Below, piece by piece: positions 1 to 10,447 of a DNA stretch of 64,000 bases (within the stretch, counting starts at the first letter, position 1; each line of letters opens with the position of its first letter). Both the position numbers and the translations under genes were made by a program. The notes under the pieces are model-generated. The model saw nothing but the letters and a program-made list of their open reading frames with translations, made no database searches and was not told where the DNA came from. The stretch is taken from the NCBI GenBank assembly GCA_965207375.1, contig OZ242274.1:1536001-1600000 (forward strand). The letters are read 5' to 3'. This DNA is from Nitrosopumilaceae archaeon (GTDB taxonomy: Archaea > Thermoproteota > Nitrososphaeria > Nitrososphaerales > Nitrosopumilaceae).

Positions 1-13
1 ACAGCAACTGTTT

Positions 14-973
14 GTGGATAAAGAATCTTTCCTAGATGCCATCAAACGAAAAATATTACTTTTTGATGGTGCAATGGGCACCGAAATTCAAAAATATGAT
101 CCAAAACCAAAAGATTTTCCAGACTGCAAAGACGGCTTTAATGACGGTCTAATCATAACTCATCCCGAATGGATAGAACAGATTCATCATAGTTATTTAG
201 ATGCAGGTGCAGATTGTATTGAAACTAATTCTTTTGGCTCTAATAAAATAAAATTAGATGAATACGGATTTGGCAGTCAAACCGTAGAGTTTAACAAAAA
301 AATAGCAAATCTTGCTGCAAAAGTTTGCTCCAAATATTCTGATAAAACACGCTATGTGATTGGCTCTATGGGGCCTTCAGGATATCTGCCTAGCTCCGAT
401 GATCCTGATTTGGGACTAAAGCCACTAGATGAGATTCGCAAATCCTTTGAGCTTCAAGCCCAAGGCTTAATCCTTGGAGGAGCAGATGCCTTGTTAATTG
501 AAACAAGTCAGGATATACTTGAGGTAAAGCTTGTAATTGAGGCATCTCACAATGCAATGCAAAAAACTAGAAAAAAAATTCCCATAATTGCAAACACAAC
601 ACTAGACCAATACGGTAAGATGTTGCTTGGAACCAACATTGAGGCAGCATATACTACGGTTTCAGATATGGGAATTGACGTGTTTGGTCTGAATTGCTCT
701 ACGGGCCCAATTGAAATGACTCCTAGTGTGAGATGGCTAGATGAGCAAAAAGGACACAGTTTACTAGTTGTCCCAAATGCAGGTATGCCTGAAAATCAGG
801 GAGGGCAGGCCATATACAAAATGCAGCCCGAGGAGCTAGCAAAGGCACTAGGCGAATTTTTGGACAGCTATGACAAGGTGAGAATTATTGGCGGATGTTG
901 CGGTACAAATCCGGACCATATTCGTGCATTGCGCAAAGTAATTGACGAAAAGGTCGAATCCATCAAGGGTTAA
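14..973 (+). CDS. metH: Methionine synthase, homocysteine S-methyltransferase (N-terminal) subunit
   Basis: DGAMGT, ETNSFG, GLNCSTGP and terminal GGCCGT Zn-binding motifs. Confidence 0.95.
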   Translation: MDKESFLDAIKRKILLFDGAMGTEIQKYDPKPKDFPDCKDGFNDGLIITHPEWIEQIHHSYLDAGADCIETNSFGSNKIKLDEYGFGSQTVEFNKKIANLAAKVCSKYSDKTRYVIGSMGPSGYLPSSDDPDLGLKPLDEIRKSFELQAQGLILGGADALLIETSQDILEVKLVIEASHNAMQKTRKKIPIIANTTLDQYGKMLLGTNIEAAYTTVSDMGIDVFGLNCSTGPIEMTPSVRWLDEQKGHSLLVVPNAGMPENQGGQAIYKMQPEELAKALGEFLDSYDKVRIIGGCCGTNPDHIRALRKVIDEKVESIKG

Positions 974-1002
974 GTATTTAGAAAAATCCCTATCATCACA
1001 TA

Positions 1003-3501
1003 TTGTTGACTGCACCAAGGGTAAGCTCTGCACTAAAGGCAATAGAATTAAGACAAGAGCCTGCACCTCTAATTATCGGCGAACGCCTAAACACACAAGG
1101 CTCTAGAAAAGCAAAGAGTTTGGTTTTAAATGATGATTTTGACGGATTAATTGAGCTTGCAAGAGACCAGGTTGAAAACGGGGCACATTGTCTTGATGTC
1201 TGCGTTGCTACAACTGAACGCTCTGATGAAAAGGATTTCATGCTAAAGATGATAAAACGATTAAGTTTAGAAATTGATGCCCCCCTAGTAATTGATTCAA
1301 CAGATCCTGATGTAATTGAATCTGCCATAACTCAGACTCCGGGCAGACCAATAATTAATTCTATAAATTTAGAAGGTGACGGGAACAGATTTTCTAAACT
1401 AGCCCCAATAATGGCAAGGTACGGCGTTCCTGCAATTGCATTGTGTATTGGACCAAAAGGTATGGCAAAAACACCTGACCAAAAACTAGAAACTGCAAAA
1501 CTACTTTATGAATCTGGAAAAAAATACGGATTAAAACCAGAACAGTTTATTTTTGATGTTTTAACATTTACATTGGCAACAGGAGAAGACGAATTTTGCA
1601 ATGCCGGAGTCAACACTTTACAGGGAATAAAAAAGGTCAAAAAACACTTTCCTGCATCGTACACAACTTTGGGATTGAGCAATATCAGTTTCGGCCTAGT
1701 TCCTTTTGCACGAAAAATTCTCAATTCGGTATTTTTGTATCACGCAGTAAAATACGGTCTGGATTCGGCAATAGTAAACTCTAAAGAAATAATTCCCTAT
1801 GGACAGATAGATAAAAAAGAACGCAATCTAGCAGAGGACTTGATTTTTAATTCTAATCCTGATGCACTAGCTAATTTAATTGCACATTTTGAAAAACACA
1901 GTTCCCAGGAATCTGCATCTATTAAAAAAATCAAAGTTGATCCTAGCTGGCCTGCTGCAAAACGTGCCAACTTTCGTATTGTGAACCGTCTCAAAGACGG
2001 CATTGCTGACGACGTTGTAACTGCTATAGCTGAGAAAATATCAAAGATGTCATCACTAGTTTCAGGGGATGTGCTTTTTTTAAACGAACCAAAGGAGACA
2101 ACTCATGATGGAGCCATTGCGGTACTAAATGAGAGTCTTTTGCCTGCCATGAAGGAGGTAGGTGACAAGTTTGGTGCAGGTGAGCTTATCCTTCCCTTTG
2201 TCTTAAAATCTGCTGAATGCATGAAAGCTGCAGTTACAGAACTTGAAAAATATCTTTTAAAGAAACAGGGAACAACTAAGGGAAAACTAGTATTAGGGAC
2301 AGTGTATGGTGATGTTCACGATATTGGCAAAAATCTAGTAAAGACAATTTTTGAAAATAACGGCTATACGGTGTATGATCTAGGAAAACAGGTGCCTATG
2401 CAAGAGTTTTTAGAAAAAATCAAAGAGACTGATGCAGATGCAGTTGGACTGTCTGCACTTTTGGTGCATACATCACAGCAAATGAAGTTTTTTGTGCAGC
2501 ATGCAAGAAAAAACAACATGACTGTTCCAATTCTTTGCGGCGGTGCAGCAATTAACACCAATTATATCAACCGGATAGCAAGAGAAGATAAAATTTACGA
2601 ATCAGGAGTATTTTATTGCAATACCATGTTTGATGGATTAAAAACAATGGACAAGCTTGTCTCAGATCAAAGACTGCAATTTATACAAACTTGGAGACAA
2701 AAATTAGAAAACTGGAAGGACGTTTCTATATCTAATGGTTCAGATACAAAATTACCTCACAGCAAAATAACACCAGTGTCCCCACCTAGGCCTGCAAGAG
2801 TCAACATTCCTATACGTCTGAATTCTGCACAAATTGATACCTCTGAGGTTTGGAAACATGTTGATAAAAATTCACTTTTCAAGTTATCCTGGGGACTGAG
2901 AGGAAAGGCAGGTAAACTGCAAGAATCAGAACACGAAAAATTATTGGTAGAGTGGAAAAAACGAATATCAAACGAAGATTTGTTCCAGCCAAGTGCAGTA
3001 TATGGATTTTACAACTGTCATGCACATGACAATATACTAACAGTTGATCACCCTACAGGAGAATCTATAACATTTGATTTTCCGCGTTCTACAAAGCCAA
3101 AACATCTGTGTCTTGCAGATTACTTTGGAAAAGATGACATTGTTGCATTTCAAGCAGTAACTGTTGGCAACAAAGTAGCAGACATTATACAACAGTGGAA
3201 TAAAGAAGACAAATATGCAGATGCATACTATCTTCACGGTTTGGCAGTAGAATTTGCAGAGGCAATGGCTATGTGGATTAATCAAAGAATCAAAAGTGAG
3301 TTAAATATCAAAGCTGGAGGACTGCGATACAGCTGGGGCTATCCAAGCTGTCCAGATATTTTACAGCACAAGCTAGTTTGGAAGCTACTCTTACCTGAAA
3401 AATCAGGCATGACATTGACAGAGGCTGGACAAATTGTGCCAGAGCAGTCCACTGCAGCAATTGTGATTCATCATCCTGATGCAGAGTATTTTGTAATCTA
3501 A
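1003..3501 (+). CDS. metH: B12-dependent methionine synthase, pterin-binding + cap + B12-binding + activation domains (second subunit of split MetH)
   Basis: IIGERLN pterin domain start, GDVHDIGKN cobalamin motif, RYSWGYPSCPD activation motif. Confidence 0.95.
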   Translation: MLTAPRVSSALKAIELRQEPAPLIIGERLNTQGSRKAKSLVLNDDFDGLIELARDQVENGAHCLDVCVATTERSDEKDFMLKMIKRLSLEIDAPLVIDSTDPDVIESAITQTPGRPIINSINLEGDGNRFSKLAPIMARYGVPAIALCIGPKGMAKTPDQKLETAKLLYESGKKYGLKPEQFIFDVLTFTLATGEDEFCNAGVNTLQGIKKVKKHFPASYTTLGLSNISFGLVPFARKILNSVFLYHAVKYGLDSAIVNSKEIIPYGQIDKKERNLAEDLIFNSNPDALANLIAHFEKHSSQESASIKKIKVDPSWPAAKRANFRIVNRLKDGIADDVVTAIAEKISKMSSLVSGDVLFLNEPKETTHDGAIAVLNESLLPAMKEVGDKFGAGELILPFVLKSAECMKAAVTELEKYLLKKQGTTKGKLVLGTVYGDVHDIGKNLVKTIFENNGYTVYDLGKQVPMQEFLEKIKETDADAVGLSALLVHTSQQMKFFVQHARKNNMTVPILCGGAAINTNYINRIAREDKIYESGVFYCNTMFDGLKTMDKLVSDQRLQFIQTWRQKLENWKDVSISNGSDTKLPHSKITPVSPPRPARVNIPIRLNSAQIDTSEVWKHVDKNSLFKLSWGLRGKAGKLQESEHEKLLVEWKKRISNEDLFQPSAVYGFYNCHAHDNILTVDHPTGESITFDFPRSTKPKHLCLADYFGKDDIVAFQAVTVGNKVADIIQQWNKEDKYADAYYLHGLAVEFAEAMAMWINQRIKSELNIKAGGLRYSWGYPSCPDILQHKLVWKLLLPEKSGMTLTEAGQIVPEQSTAAIVIHHPDAEYFVI

Positions 3502-4235
3502 GTTGTATCTGATTTTTTTTCTAAAAACTCTTTTAATCCTTTAAAATCACCTGGCGATGTAATCAAAACATCTCCTGAAATTTGATGAATTTGTTCTAAA
3601 AAATCTTCAAAATTTTCCGAATATGACTCTAAATTCAGGTTCAAAAATTTTGCTGATTTTTCATTTTTTTGTGATGGAAACAAGACAATTGGTATGACCG
3701 AAAAGCCTTTTAGATTTTTTACTAGATTTTGAACCTGCTCTACAGATTGTACTACCTGAGTCACAAATCCAGTAGGTTTTGCAGATATTTTTTTGCCAAT
3801 TTTTTCAAAATTTGGCGTATTAGATACAGACAGATAAAGGTCAATTTTTGAGTTTAATTTGTCTAGTTTTTTTACGATTTGACTAGGAATTTGTTTTGAA
3901 TCATATTTTGTATTTTGTGAAGGATCACCCATTAGAATCAATATTCCTGAAAATCCTGCCTCAATGCACTCTTTGACGGATTTTTGAATTTGTTTTTCTG
4001 TCTTGTCTCGGGTTCTCAGGCTTGTAGTGATTGGGAGTCTGGGAATCTCTTTTTTGATGATTTTTCCTACGAGTATAGGAGATGCTCTTTCAAATCCCAG
4101 TACATTTTCAGTTATGTGTATGGCATCACAGTATGGTGCAATTGTTTTGATTTTAGTAACAAATTGTGATATTGATTCTTCCAAGTTTAAATGAGGGAGA
4201 ATTTTTGGAGGATTTGCCTCATATCTGATGGTCAT
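3498..4235 (-). CDS. metF: 5,10-methylenetetrahydrofolate reductase
   Basis: YEANPPK, RTRD, LMGDP and VTQ motifs of the MTHFR family; convergent with metH. Confidence 0.8.
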   Translation of the reverse strand: MTIRYEANPPKILPHLNLEESISQFVTKIKTIAPYCDAIHITENVLGFERASPILVGKIIKKEIPRLPITTSLRTRDKTEKQIQKSVKECIEAGFSGILILMGDPSQNTKYDSKQIPSQIVKKLDKLNSKIDLYLSVSNTPNFEKIGKKISAKPTGFVTQVVQSVEQVQNLVKNLKGFSVIPIVLFPSQKNEKSAKFLNLNLESYSENFEDFLEQIHQISGDVLITSPGDFKGLKEFLEKKSDTT

Positions 4236-4311
4236 GTTGTAATTTTCACAAATCTTGGTTAAAACCTTTGAATATTAAAACCCATATGGAAAGGTAGGAA
4301 AAGATACTAGT

Positions 4312-4869
4312 ATGATTTTAGATGATTTTAGATATGCGTTGCGAACAGAGATTAATCCAGATGTTGCCTTTGATCCTAAAACAAAACCTTCATCTGTTTT
4401 AATTGTAATTTATGACAATCCTCCAAAGATATTGATGACTAAAAAATCAGCACATCTTAAAATTCATGCAGGAGAGATTGCATTTCCCGGAGGCAAGTTA
4501 GATGATGGAGATTCTGATTTGCTTCATACTGCTTTGCGTGAAACAAAGGAGGAAATCAATTTAGAGATTTTGAGATCTCAAATAATTGGACAGTTAAACC
4601 CTGTGATAACACTAAATTCTAACTTTACAATCATTCCATTTGTCTGTGTTTTGGACTCGCTGCCTGCACTTGAACACAATTATGAAGTAGAGCAGGTACT
4701 AGACATTCCTGCACATTCGTTTTTGAGTACGCTTCAAAGTGATCCTGATCCTGAACATAATTCTATACAAGAAATGTATGTCTTTAAATTTAAAAATCAT
4801 ATAATATGGGGTGCCTCAGCTAGAATGCTCAAACAAATAGTTGATAAACTTGCAAGAAATTTGCTCTAA
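4312..4869 (+). CDS. Nudix hydrolase, CoA pyrophosphatase type
   Basis: HAGEIAFPGG plus Nudix box ALRETKEEI; IWGASA. Confidence 0.9.
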   Translation: MILDDFRYALRTEINPDVAFDPKTKPSSVLIVIYDNPPKILMTKKSAHLKIHAGEIAFPGGKLDDGDSDLLHTALRETKEEINLEILRSQIIGQLNPVITLNSNFTIIPFVCVLDSLPALEHNYEVEQVLDIPAHSFLSTLQSDPDPEHNSIQEMYVFKFKNHIIWGASARMLKQIVDKLARNLL

Positions 4870-5207
4870 ACTTTGAGCATGAGTTTCTACATGTTGTGTA
4901 ATCTGTAAAAAATATGTGAATTGAATTACGTGTACACATCTCAGGCCTTTATTACAATTCAAAGTATGTTCTATACAAACTCATCACAATAAACCATCAT
5001 GATACCGTTCTTGTGATTTACCTTCATATCATAAATTCGTACATTGCTCAAGTCGTTGATTTTTCAAACATAGGATTTTCACTTAGGTTTGAGAATTAGG
5101 TGTTTGTTCACGTAGCAGAGACGATTTGTGCCTAAATGATGAAACAGTAATTAAAAAACTATGTATGACGTAAACAAGTATCAATTAACTAATCGGTAGC
5201 TAAAGTA

Positions 5208-5473
5208 TTAATTCTGATCTGATGGAAATTCATTATGATTTTTTAAATGCATATAGACTGATTTGAAGAAAACAACAGGCAGTCCTAACGGTTCAAACAA
5301 AATTTTCAAACATCTTCTAAGACACCATTCTGTTTTTTTGGAATCCATACTTCATCTTTTGTTAATGTATGTATACAAAACATTGTCGTTCCACCATCAG
5401 GATCACGTACATTGAATCCTAAAATCTTTAATGCTTTAGATGTGTCTTTGGAATTATAACGTGTAGGATCCAT
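5208..5473 (-). pseudogene. HicA-like toxin, frameshifted
   Basis: Not in ORF track. Manual translation MDPTRYNSKDTSKALKILGF...WIPKKQNGVLEDV* continues in another frame as LKILFEPLGLP (HicA-like C-terminus). Directly downstream of a HicB-like gene. Confidence 0.55.
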
Positions 5474-5480
5474 AATGTCT

Positions 5481-5693
5481 TTATCTTAAATCAACTTTTG
5501 TTGTTGTGCTGTTGAATATTTCATCACGTTTATCTGGATATATTTTCAGATATTCCAGTATTGATTTTTTAAGATTGTTTTCTACTTCAATTTTGGTATT
5601 TCCAAATGCTGTCACCTTGGGGTTTGTAGAACAACGTGCAACAAACCCTTCTTCTACTTCTTTCAATGTATAATTAATGAGATTACTTGCCAT
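5481..5693 (-). CDS. HicB-like antitoxin
   Basis: EEGFVARC...VTAFGNTKIEVENNLKKSI matches the HicB N-terminal pattern (GxTxEEAxxN). Confidence 0.7.
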   Translation of the reverse strand: MASNLINYTLKEVEEGFVARCSTNPKVTAFGNTKIEVENNLKKSILEYLKIYPDKRDEIFNSTTTKVDLR

Positions 5694-5741
5694 GGAATCT
5701 ATCTATTAGAAATAGACAACATGAGTGCATATAAGATTTAC

Positions 5742-7233
5742 TTGTGCAATAGTTTGTGTTATAACCCTGCCTAGAATTTTTCAAAATTTGCAATTTTCAG
5801 GCCAGATTCGGTCTGGGAGAAATCAATTTGATGATACAATAGACAAAGTTTGACCTTTCAGATCCAAATAGTAGGATTGCCTACTCATCTCAGATTGCAC
5901 ATAAGAGATGAGCAAACAATCCTGATACAATACAAACCAAGGAGGTATAAAATCTTCGGCAACGCCTGGTACATGATTTACAGGAGGTCACAATATTGAC
6001 AGAGCAAAAAGTTTCGAGTAAACCAAAGCAAAAATCACGTCTAAAGATGACCAATGCACAAAACGATGCAAGATATCTAGCAGTTGGACGCATGATATAT
6101 CCCAAAAAAAATCCAGATCATGACGATGAACTCAAAAGAGCCAACAAAAAGAAAAACGGTCACCCTTACAGATACGCAGAATCTACAATACTAGCTCTTG
6201 CAACAATGAGGGCATTTTGTGGATTATCCTATCGTATACTAGAAGGCTTTGCAACAGAGGCACTAGGCCAAGAGTATGTTCCAAGCTTTAGTCAGATCCA
6301 AAAAAGAATGAAAACCGTCAAGGTGTCAATCAAAGATGACCTCATTACGGCACAAGGCAAAAAGAGTGCACTTCATCTTGCACCTGATGGTACTGGTCTC
6401 AGTCCCAGTAAGAGAAGCGAATACATCAGGTACAGGCACAAAGTACAGCACGGATTCATCAGGTTTGTCATTGTTGTAGATACTGACACGCGTGAGATAC
6501 TCTCCTTTAGCGTAACAGATGAAAGGATAGGTGAGGCCCCACAGTTTGAGGAACTTACGTGTACTGCACTAGAAAACTGCGGTATAGATGTTGCAGACAG
6601 AATTAACCAAGCAGAGAAATCAAATGAGGATCAATCAGCATGTCAAAAAGCAGATGACCCAGAACACCCAATTGCAGATTCACAGAAAGATGAAGACGAC
6701 ATGCAAGAATATCAATCTCTGAATAATGAATTATTGGATGAATTAAAAATAGTCGTGCGAGCAGACGGTGGGTTTGACTCGCGTAAAATATTTGCATTAT
6801 GTAAAAAGCTAAAAATCAAACCATGCATCAGAATAAAACACAATGCAAATACGCGTTCAGATGGTGTCAGTAGGGATCGTACTCTTGCAGCCATTGATCA
6901 ACTAGGTGGTGGTGTATCAGATCCTAAAAAATTTGCACAGCTGACAAAAGAAGAACGCGAGGCAAACAGGAAGGTCTGGAAAAAAAGGGTGCAATATGGC
7001 AAAAGATGGATAGTTGAGATAGTAATATCATCAATTAAGCGATTGTTTGGTGATTCGGTATCTGCTGTAACGTGGGAAAACATCATACAAGAGATTAATC
7101 TCAAGGCACACATCTACAACAAGATGTTACAGGTACAAAGGAGGGCAATAGCATAAACATACGACTTGAACATTGGTGTACTATGTACCTCACTTGGAAA
7201 TATGGAGGGGTTATAACACTAACTATTGTGCAA
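5742..7233 (+). mobile_element. IS5-family insertion sequence (apparently complete)
   Basis: Imperfect 26-bp TIRs TTGTGCAATAGTTTGTGTTATAACCC / GGGTTATAACACTAACTATTGTGCAA around a DDE transposase. Confidence 0.85.
5996..7156 (+). CDS. IS5-family DDE transposase
   Basis: PDGTG, RADGGFD, RWIVEIVISSIKRLFG catalytic motifs. Confidence 0.9.
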   Translation: MTEQKVSSKPKQKSRLKMTNAQNDARYLAVGRMIYPKKNPDHDDELKRANKKKNGHPYRYAESTILALATMRAFCGLSYRILEGFATEALGQEYVPSFSQIQKRMKTVKVSIKDDLITAQGKKSALHLAPDGTGLSPSKRSEYIRYRHKVQHGFIRFVIVVDTDTREILSFSVTDERIGEAPQFEELTCTALENCGIDVADRINQAEKSNEDQSACQKADDPEHPIADSQKDEDDMQEYQSLNNELLDELKIVVRADGGFDSRKIFALCKKLKIKPCIRIKHNANTRSDGVSRDRTLAAIDQLGGGVSDPKKFAQLTKEEREANRKVWKKRVQYGKRWIVEIVISSIKRLFGDSVSAVTWENIIQEINLKAHIYNKMLQVQRRAIA

Positions 7234-7760
7234 CGGCGCTGTCCACATTTTTTTCAAAAAAGCAGCGAAAAGCTTAAAGATCATGACGTAAGTGCAGGAT
7301 AAAGCTTATCGATCATGAACTTTTGCGTTATACCGATGAGTTCCAAAACAAAAAGACGACACAGAAAGAAAAACCATGATTCTCATGTAAGGACATACAA
7401 AAAGGAAATTCGTAGACTCAAAAATAAGGAATACAGAAACTATACAGAATATGAAAGGAAACGAAAAAACGAAGGTAAAACAAAATTGGTGAGGATCTCC
7501 AAACTCAAAAAGTTGATCCTCGCCACGTATCCTGAAATATCCAAATCAGAGCTTGCAATGTTTTTGTGCATCCTTGACATGGTATTTCGCGACCACTCGT
7601 TGCGTATACATGTAGCATACATGCACGAGCACTCTGGTTCTGTAAACACATATGGCCTAAAAAACATTCCCTCAAAATCAGGACTGCACGATTTCATAAA
7701 ACACCACTCTGATGATTTGGAGATGATACAAAATATCCTGCTCATTCAGGCATCTATGTT
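7234..7760 (+). mobile_element. Truncated IS (left end plus N-terminal part of a probable transposase, ORF 7315..7824)
   Basis: End motif CGGCGCTGTCCACATTTTTTTCAAAAA recurs inverted at 20281-20306. ORF has transposase-like 'IPSKSGLHDF' and no DDE core. Confidence 0.55.
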
Positions 7761-7879
7761 AACCACCCCGGCGCGTACCTTGATGTATCCCTATTGCGTT
7801 TCCGTTCCGTGCCTAATTATTTAGTATATCATTTATAGCTAACGCTAGCAAGCTTAATACCGGATTTGACATGTACAAA

Positions 7880-7975
7880 TCATTTCTGACGTGCCTTTTC
7901 CAATTTAGCAAGCTTGCGCTGATACAATCTTGTATTGTGTGACGAATATGGTGTCTTTGTGTTCAGAATATGCCA
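7880..7975 (-). pseudogene. IS110-family transposase C-terminal fragment (interrupted by IS630)
   Basis: Manual translation WHILNTKTPYSSHNTRLYQRKLAKLEKARQK*, similar to IS110 C-termini. Confidence 0.45.
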
Positions 7976-7980
7976 TGATA

Positions 7981-9294
7981 TAGCAGATCTAACTAATAAT
8001 CAATAGTTTTTCTACATATTTTAAAAAACAAAGTCGTGACCTGACATTGACACTTGCAACAGTTGCGATCAAAGCAACTAAACATGAAATGCACAAAATA
8101 TTACAGCATATTATCTGATAGTTACAAACAAAAGAATCAAAGAACAAAATTACGGTATCAAATAGTCGAACATTTTTACTATTGGAATAGTTTTGTTTTT
8201 TATTGATCGAGCTATGATACGTTTGAGCTCAGCATTTGTAGCTATAATACCTGCAATACTCTTTTTCATGACCGACCATTCAGGCTCAATCGGATTGAGT
8301 TCAGGAGTATATTTTAGATAAAACTCAAACTGCATCTGACCACCTGTCTCCCTTGTGATACGTTTTAGCTCATCTTTTTTGTGATAAGCTGCATTGTCCA
8401 TAAACATCAGAACCTTGCCGAATTTCTTGTGTACACCCTGCAAAAAGTTTTCCACGTTAACCCAGTTTCCTGTATCGTAAAACCTAAAGTAATATTCTTT
8501 CTCTGCGCCAATAGCACCTATAATCGTGAGACTCTTGGATTTTTTAGATTTATTTTTTGCGGATTTTTTCTTTGGTTTTTTCTTGCCTGTGATAAATACA
8601 GAACGTTTTTCAAAAAACCAGCCCTTTTTGGGCACTGATGCCACCAGCTTGTGAGCAGCATCCATGGTCATAATTGTGTGTCCTTTGTCGCTATAGTATT
8701 TTACCTTGCGGTGAGCTTTTTTTTTGAACACTGCGATTTCCTCAGGGGTTGCTGCCTTGTCGTTTCTAGGTCTAGGTGCAACTAGATGAAGATCAAGTCT
8801 AGTGATCAATGCCCATACCGAACTTACATTGTAATCTGTCTTGAATATTTTTTTGATGTGTCTTTGTATTATGGGTGATGTCCACAAATTAGTATCATAA
8901 CCACATTTTTGTGGTCCTTTTTTCAAATCACGTATTAGCTTGTTTATCTGCTTCTTGTCCAGCTTACACTGTGCACCAGGTTGCTTCTTATCGTATCTAG
9001 CATCAATGCCTTCCTTGTTGATTCTGTCTATCCAATTTTGAACCGTGGTGTACGGTATCTTTATGGAATTTGAAATTTCCCACAATGTTTTGCCCTCCTT
9101 TTTTAACATGTATGCAGTAATTCTCTGTACAACCTTTGGATTTTTTTCTTCTTTTTTGAGTTTGTACAATTTCTTCATGTTTGTATCTGGTAGGAATTTA
9201 TCCATTGTAACCATCTTGGAACAAGATCGACATATAGATCTTTTAGTTGACTTTAATTGACAAATTTGCTATCGATTATTAGTTAGATCTGCTA
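7981..9294 (-). mobile_element. IS630-family insertion sequence (complete)
   Basis: TIRs TAGCAGATCTAACTAATAATCAATAG / CTATCGATTATTAGTTAGATCTGCTA; TA target duplication at 7979-7980 and 9295-9296. Confidence 0.92.
8150..9214 (-). CDS. IS630 transposase
   Basis: N-terminal HTHs, MDNAAYH and YTPELNPIEPEW DDE_3 motifs. Confidence 0.92.
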   Translation of the reverse strand: MVTMDKFLPDTNMKKLYKLKKEEKNPKVVQRITAYMLKKEGKTLWEISNSIKIPYTTVQNWIDRINKEGIDARYDKKQPGAQCKLDKKQINKLIRDLKKGPQKCGYDTNLWTSPIIQRHIKKIFKTDYNVSSVWALITRLDLHLVAPRPRNDKAATPEEIAVFKKKAHRKVKYYSDKGHTIMTMDAAHKLVASVPKKGWFFEKRSVFITGKKKPKKKSAKNKSKKSKSLTIIGAIGAEKEYYFRFYDTGNWVNVENFLQGVHKKFGKVLMFMDNAAYHKKDELKRITRETGGQMQFEFYLKYTPELNPIEPEWSVMKKSIAGIIATNAELKRIIARSIKNKTIPIVKMFDYLIP

Positions 9295-9404
9295 TAGCAT
9301 GTCGTTTCTCTATCAAATACACCAAAAGTAAGATTCACAGATAACCTACAATATATACACATTTAAGACTTGAGTAATGCAACTTTGTCTAAACTAGTAA
9401 AGTA

Positions 9405-9448
9405 TGATAAAATTTTATGCCTGAAAAATCTATGACCTTAGTGTGTAC
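9405..9448 (+). repeat. MITE-like repeat, right half
   Basis: AAAATTTTATGCCTGAAAAATCTATGACCTTAGTGTGTAC nearly identical to the right end of the copy at 44315-44422. Confidence 0.7.
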
Positions 9449-9694
9449 GAACAAGTACTTGGAATTTATTTATAGTATTATGTATAATGTAATAGTGTCA
9501 GATGGCAGTGCACCATATTGGTGAGTCAGTATGCTGCCTATTGGGTGTGTATCAGAGGGTTCTCGGCTACACATTCTTGACGTTTATTATGGATATTCCT
9601 TATGGCCGTATCCTTTAATTGTTCCAAAGTTGTTTTTTCGAAGCTTGTTGTATATGATTTTCCAATACCTCTATTCAAAAAGTATCTTACAGGG

Positions 9695-9765
9695 AAAGTA
9701 TACAAAGTATACAAAATCCACGCCTGAGCCGTGTAAAGTATACAAAGTATACAAAATCCACGCCT
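9695..9765. repeat. Perfect 31-bp direct repeat x2 with 9-bp spacer
   Basis: AAAGTATACAAAGTATACAAAATCCACGCCT at 9695-9725 and 9735-9765. Confidence 0.9.
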
Positions 9766-9963
9766 AGCTCTTGTACAAAAAATCTACAAAGCATACATCT
9801 AAGCAAAGCCGGTCTGCAGGAATCAGGTAATGAGAGTCATGAGTAGTTCCAGATAACGGGACTGCAATATCAGTTGCTAAATTTGAGTGCATTTAGCAAA
9901 ATAAGATCGAGTGGATTGATTTTAGGAATTTTGAAAAATCCTGACTTGTTATATTTTAGAAAC

Positions 9964-10212
9964 TTACATGAATGTATTAGATTGTGCCTTGCATATGCTT
10001 AGTAATTTAGAAAAATCTGGCAAAGTAATCCCAAGCCTATCTAGAATTGTATCCGTATAAGTAGGATGATATTCATGTGATTTTTGCAATACTACAATTG
10101 GTTCGCCCTCTTTGTAAAATGATATGTGTTGATCGTCATCAATTACAAATTCAAACTCTTTCTTGGGTAGAACCGTACGAAAACAATGCCAGTTGTATCT
10201 ATGCTCAGTCAT
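9964..10212 (-). CDS. HicA-like toxin
   Basis: 82 aa; FEFV...QHISFYK...VVLQK...TILDRLGIT..DF HicA pattern; overlaps the upstream HicB-like gene. Confidence 0.65.
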   Translation of the reverse strand: MTEHRYNWHCFRTVLPKKEFEFVIDDDQHISFYKEGEPIVVLQKSHEYHPTYTDTILDRLGITLPDFSKLLSICKAQSNTFM

Positions 10213-10447
10213 TGTATATTACATCACACTTTATCGTAGACATTCTCTCTTTTTGTGTGAGAGGATACTTTTCCTTCTCTATCTTTGCACGTACCGTAAA
10301 GAAATAGGTCAGTGCAGATAGAAATTCCTTTTTTGCCTCTTCTAGTGTCTTTCCCTGAACAATGACATTTGGAAATTCCAGACCCCGTATTACAACAACG
10401 TCATCTTCCTCTGTGATTCTAACATTCAAAACAGCCATTACTCTCAT
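10205..10447 (-). CDS. HicB-like antitoxin
   Basis: EFPNVIVQGKTLEEAKKEF canonical HicB motif. Confidence 0.8.
   Translation of the reverse strand: MRVMAVLNVRITEEDDVVVIRGLEFPNVIVQGKTLEEAKKEFLSALTYFFTVRAKIEKEKYPLTQKERMSTIKCDVIYND

Noticed and set aside
14-3501. MetH split into two genes as a pseudogenisation event
   Set aside because: The split falls at a domain boundary, both ORFs have complete motifs, and split MetH is usual in Thaumarchaeota.
9695-9765. Possible mini CRISPR array
   Set aside because: Only two repeats with a 9-bp spacer, and no cas genes nearby.
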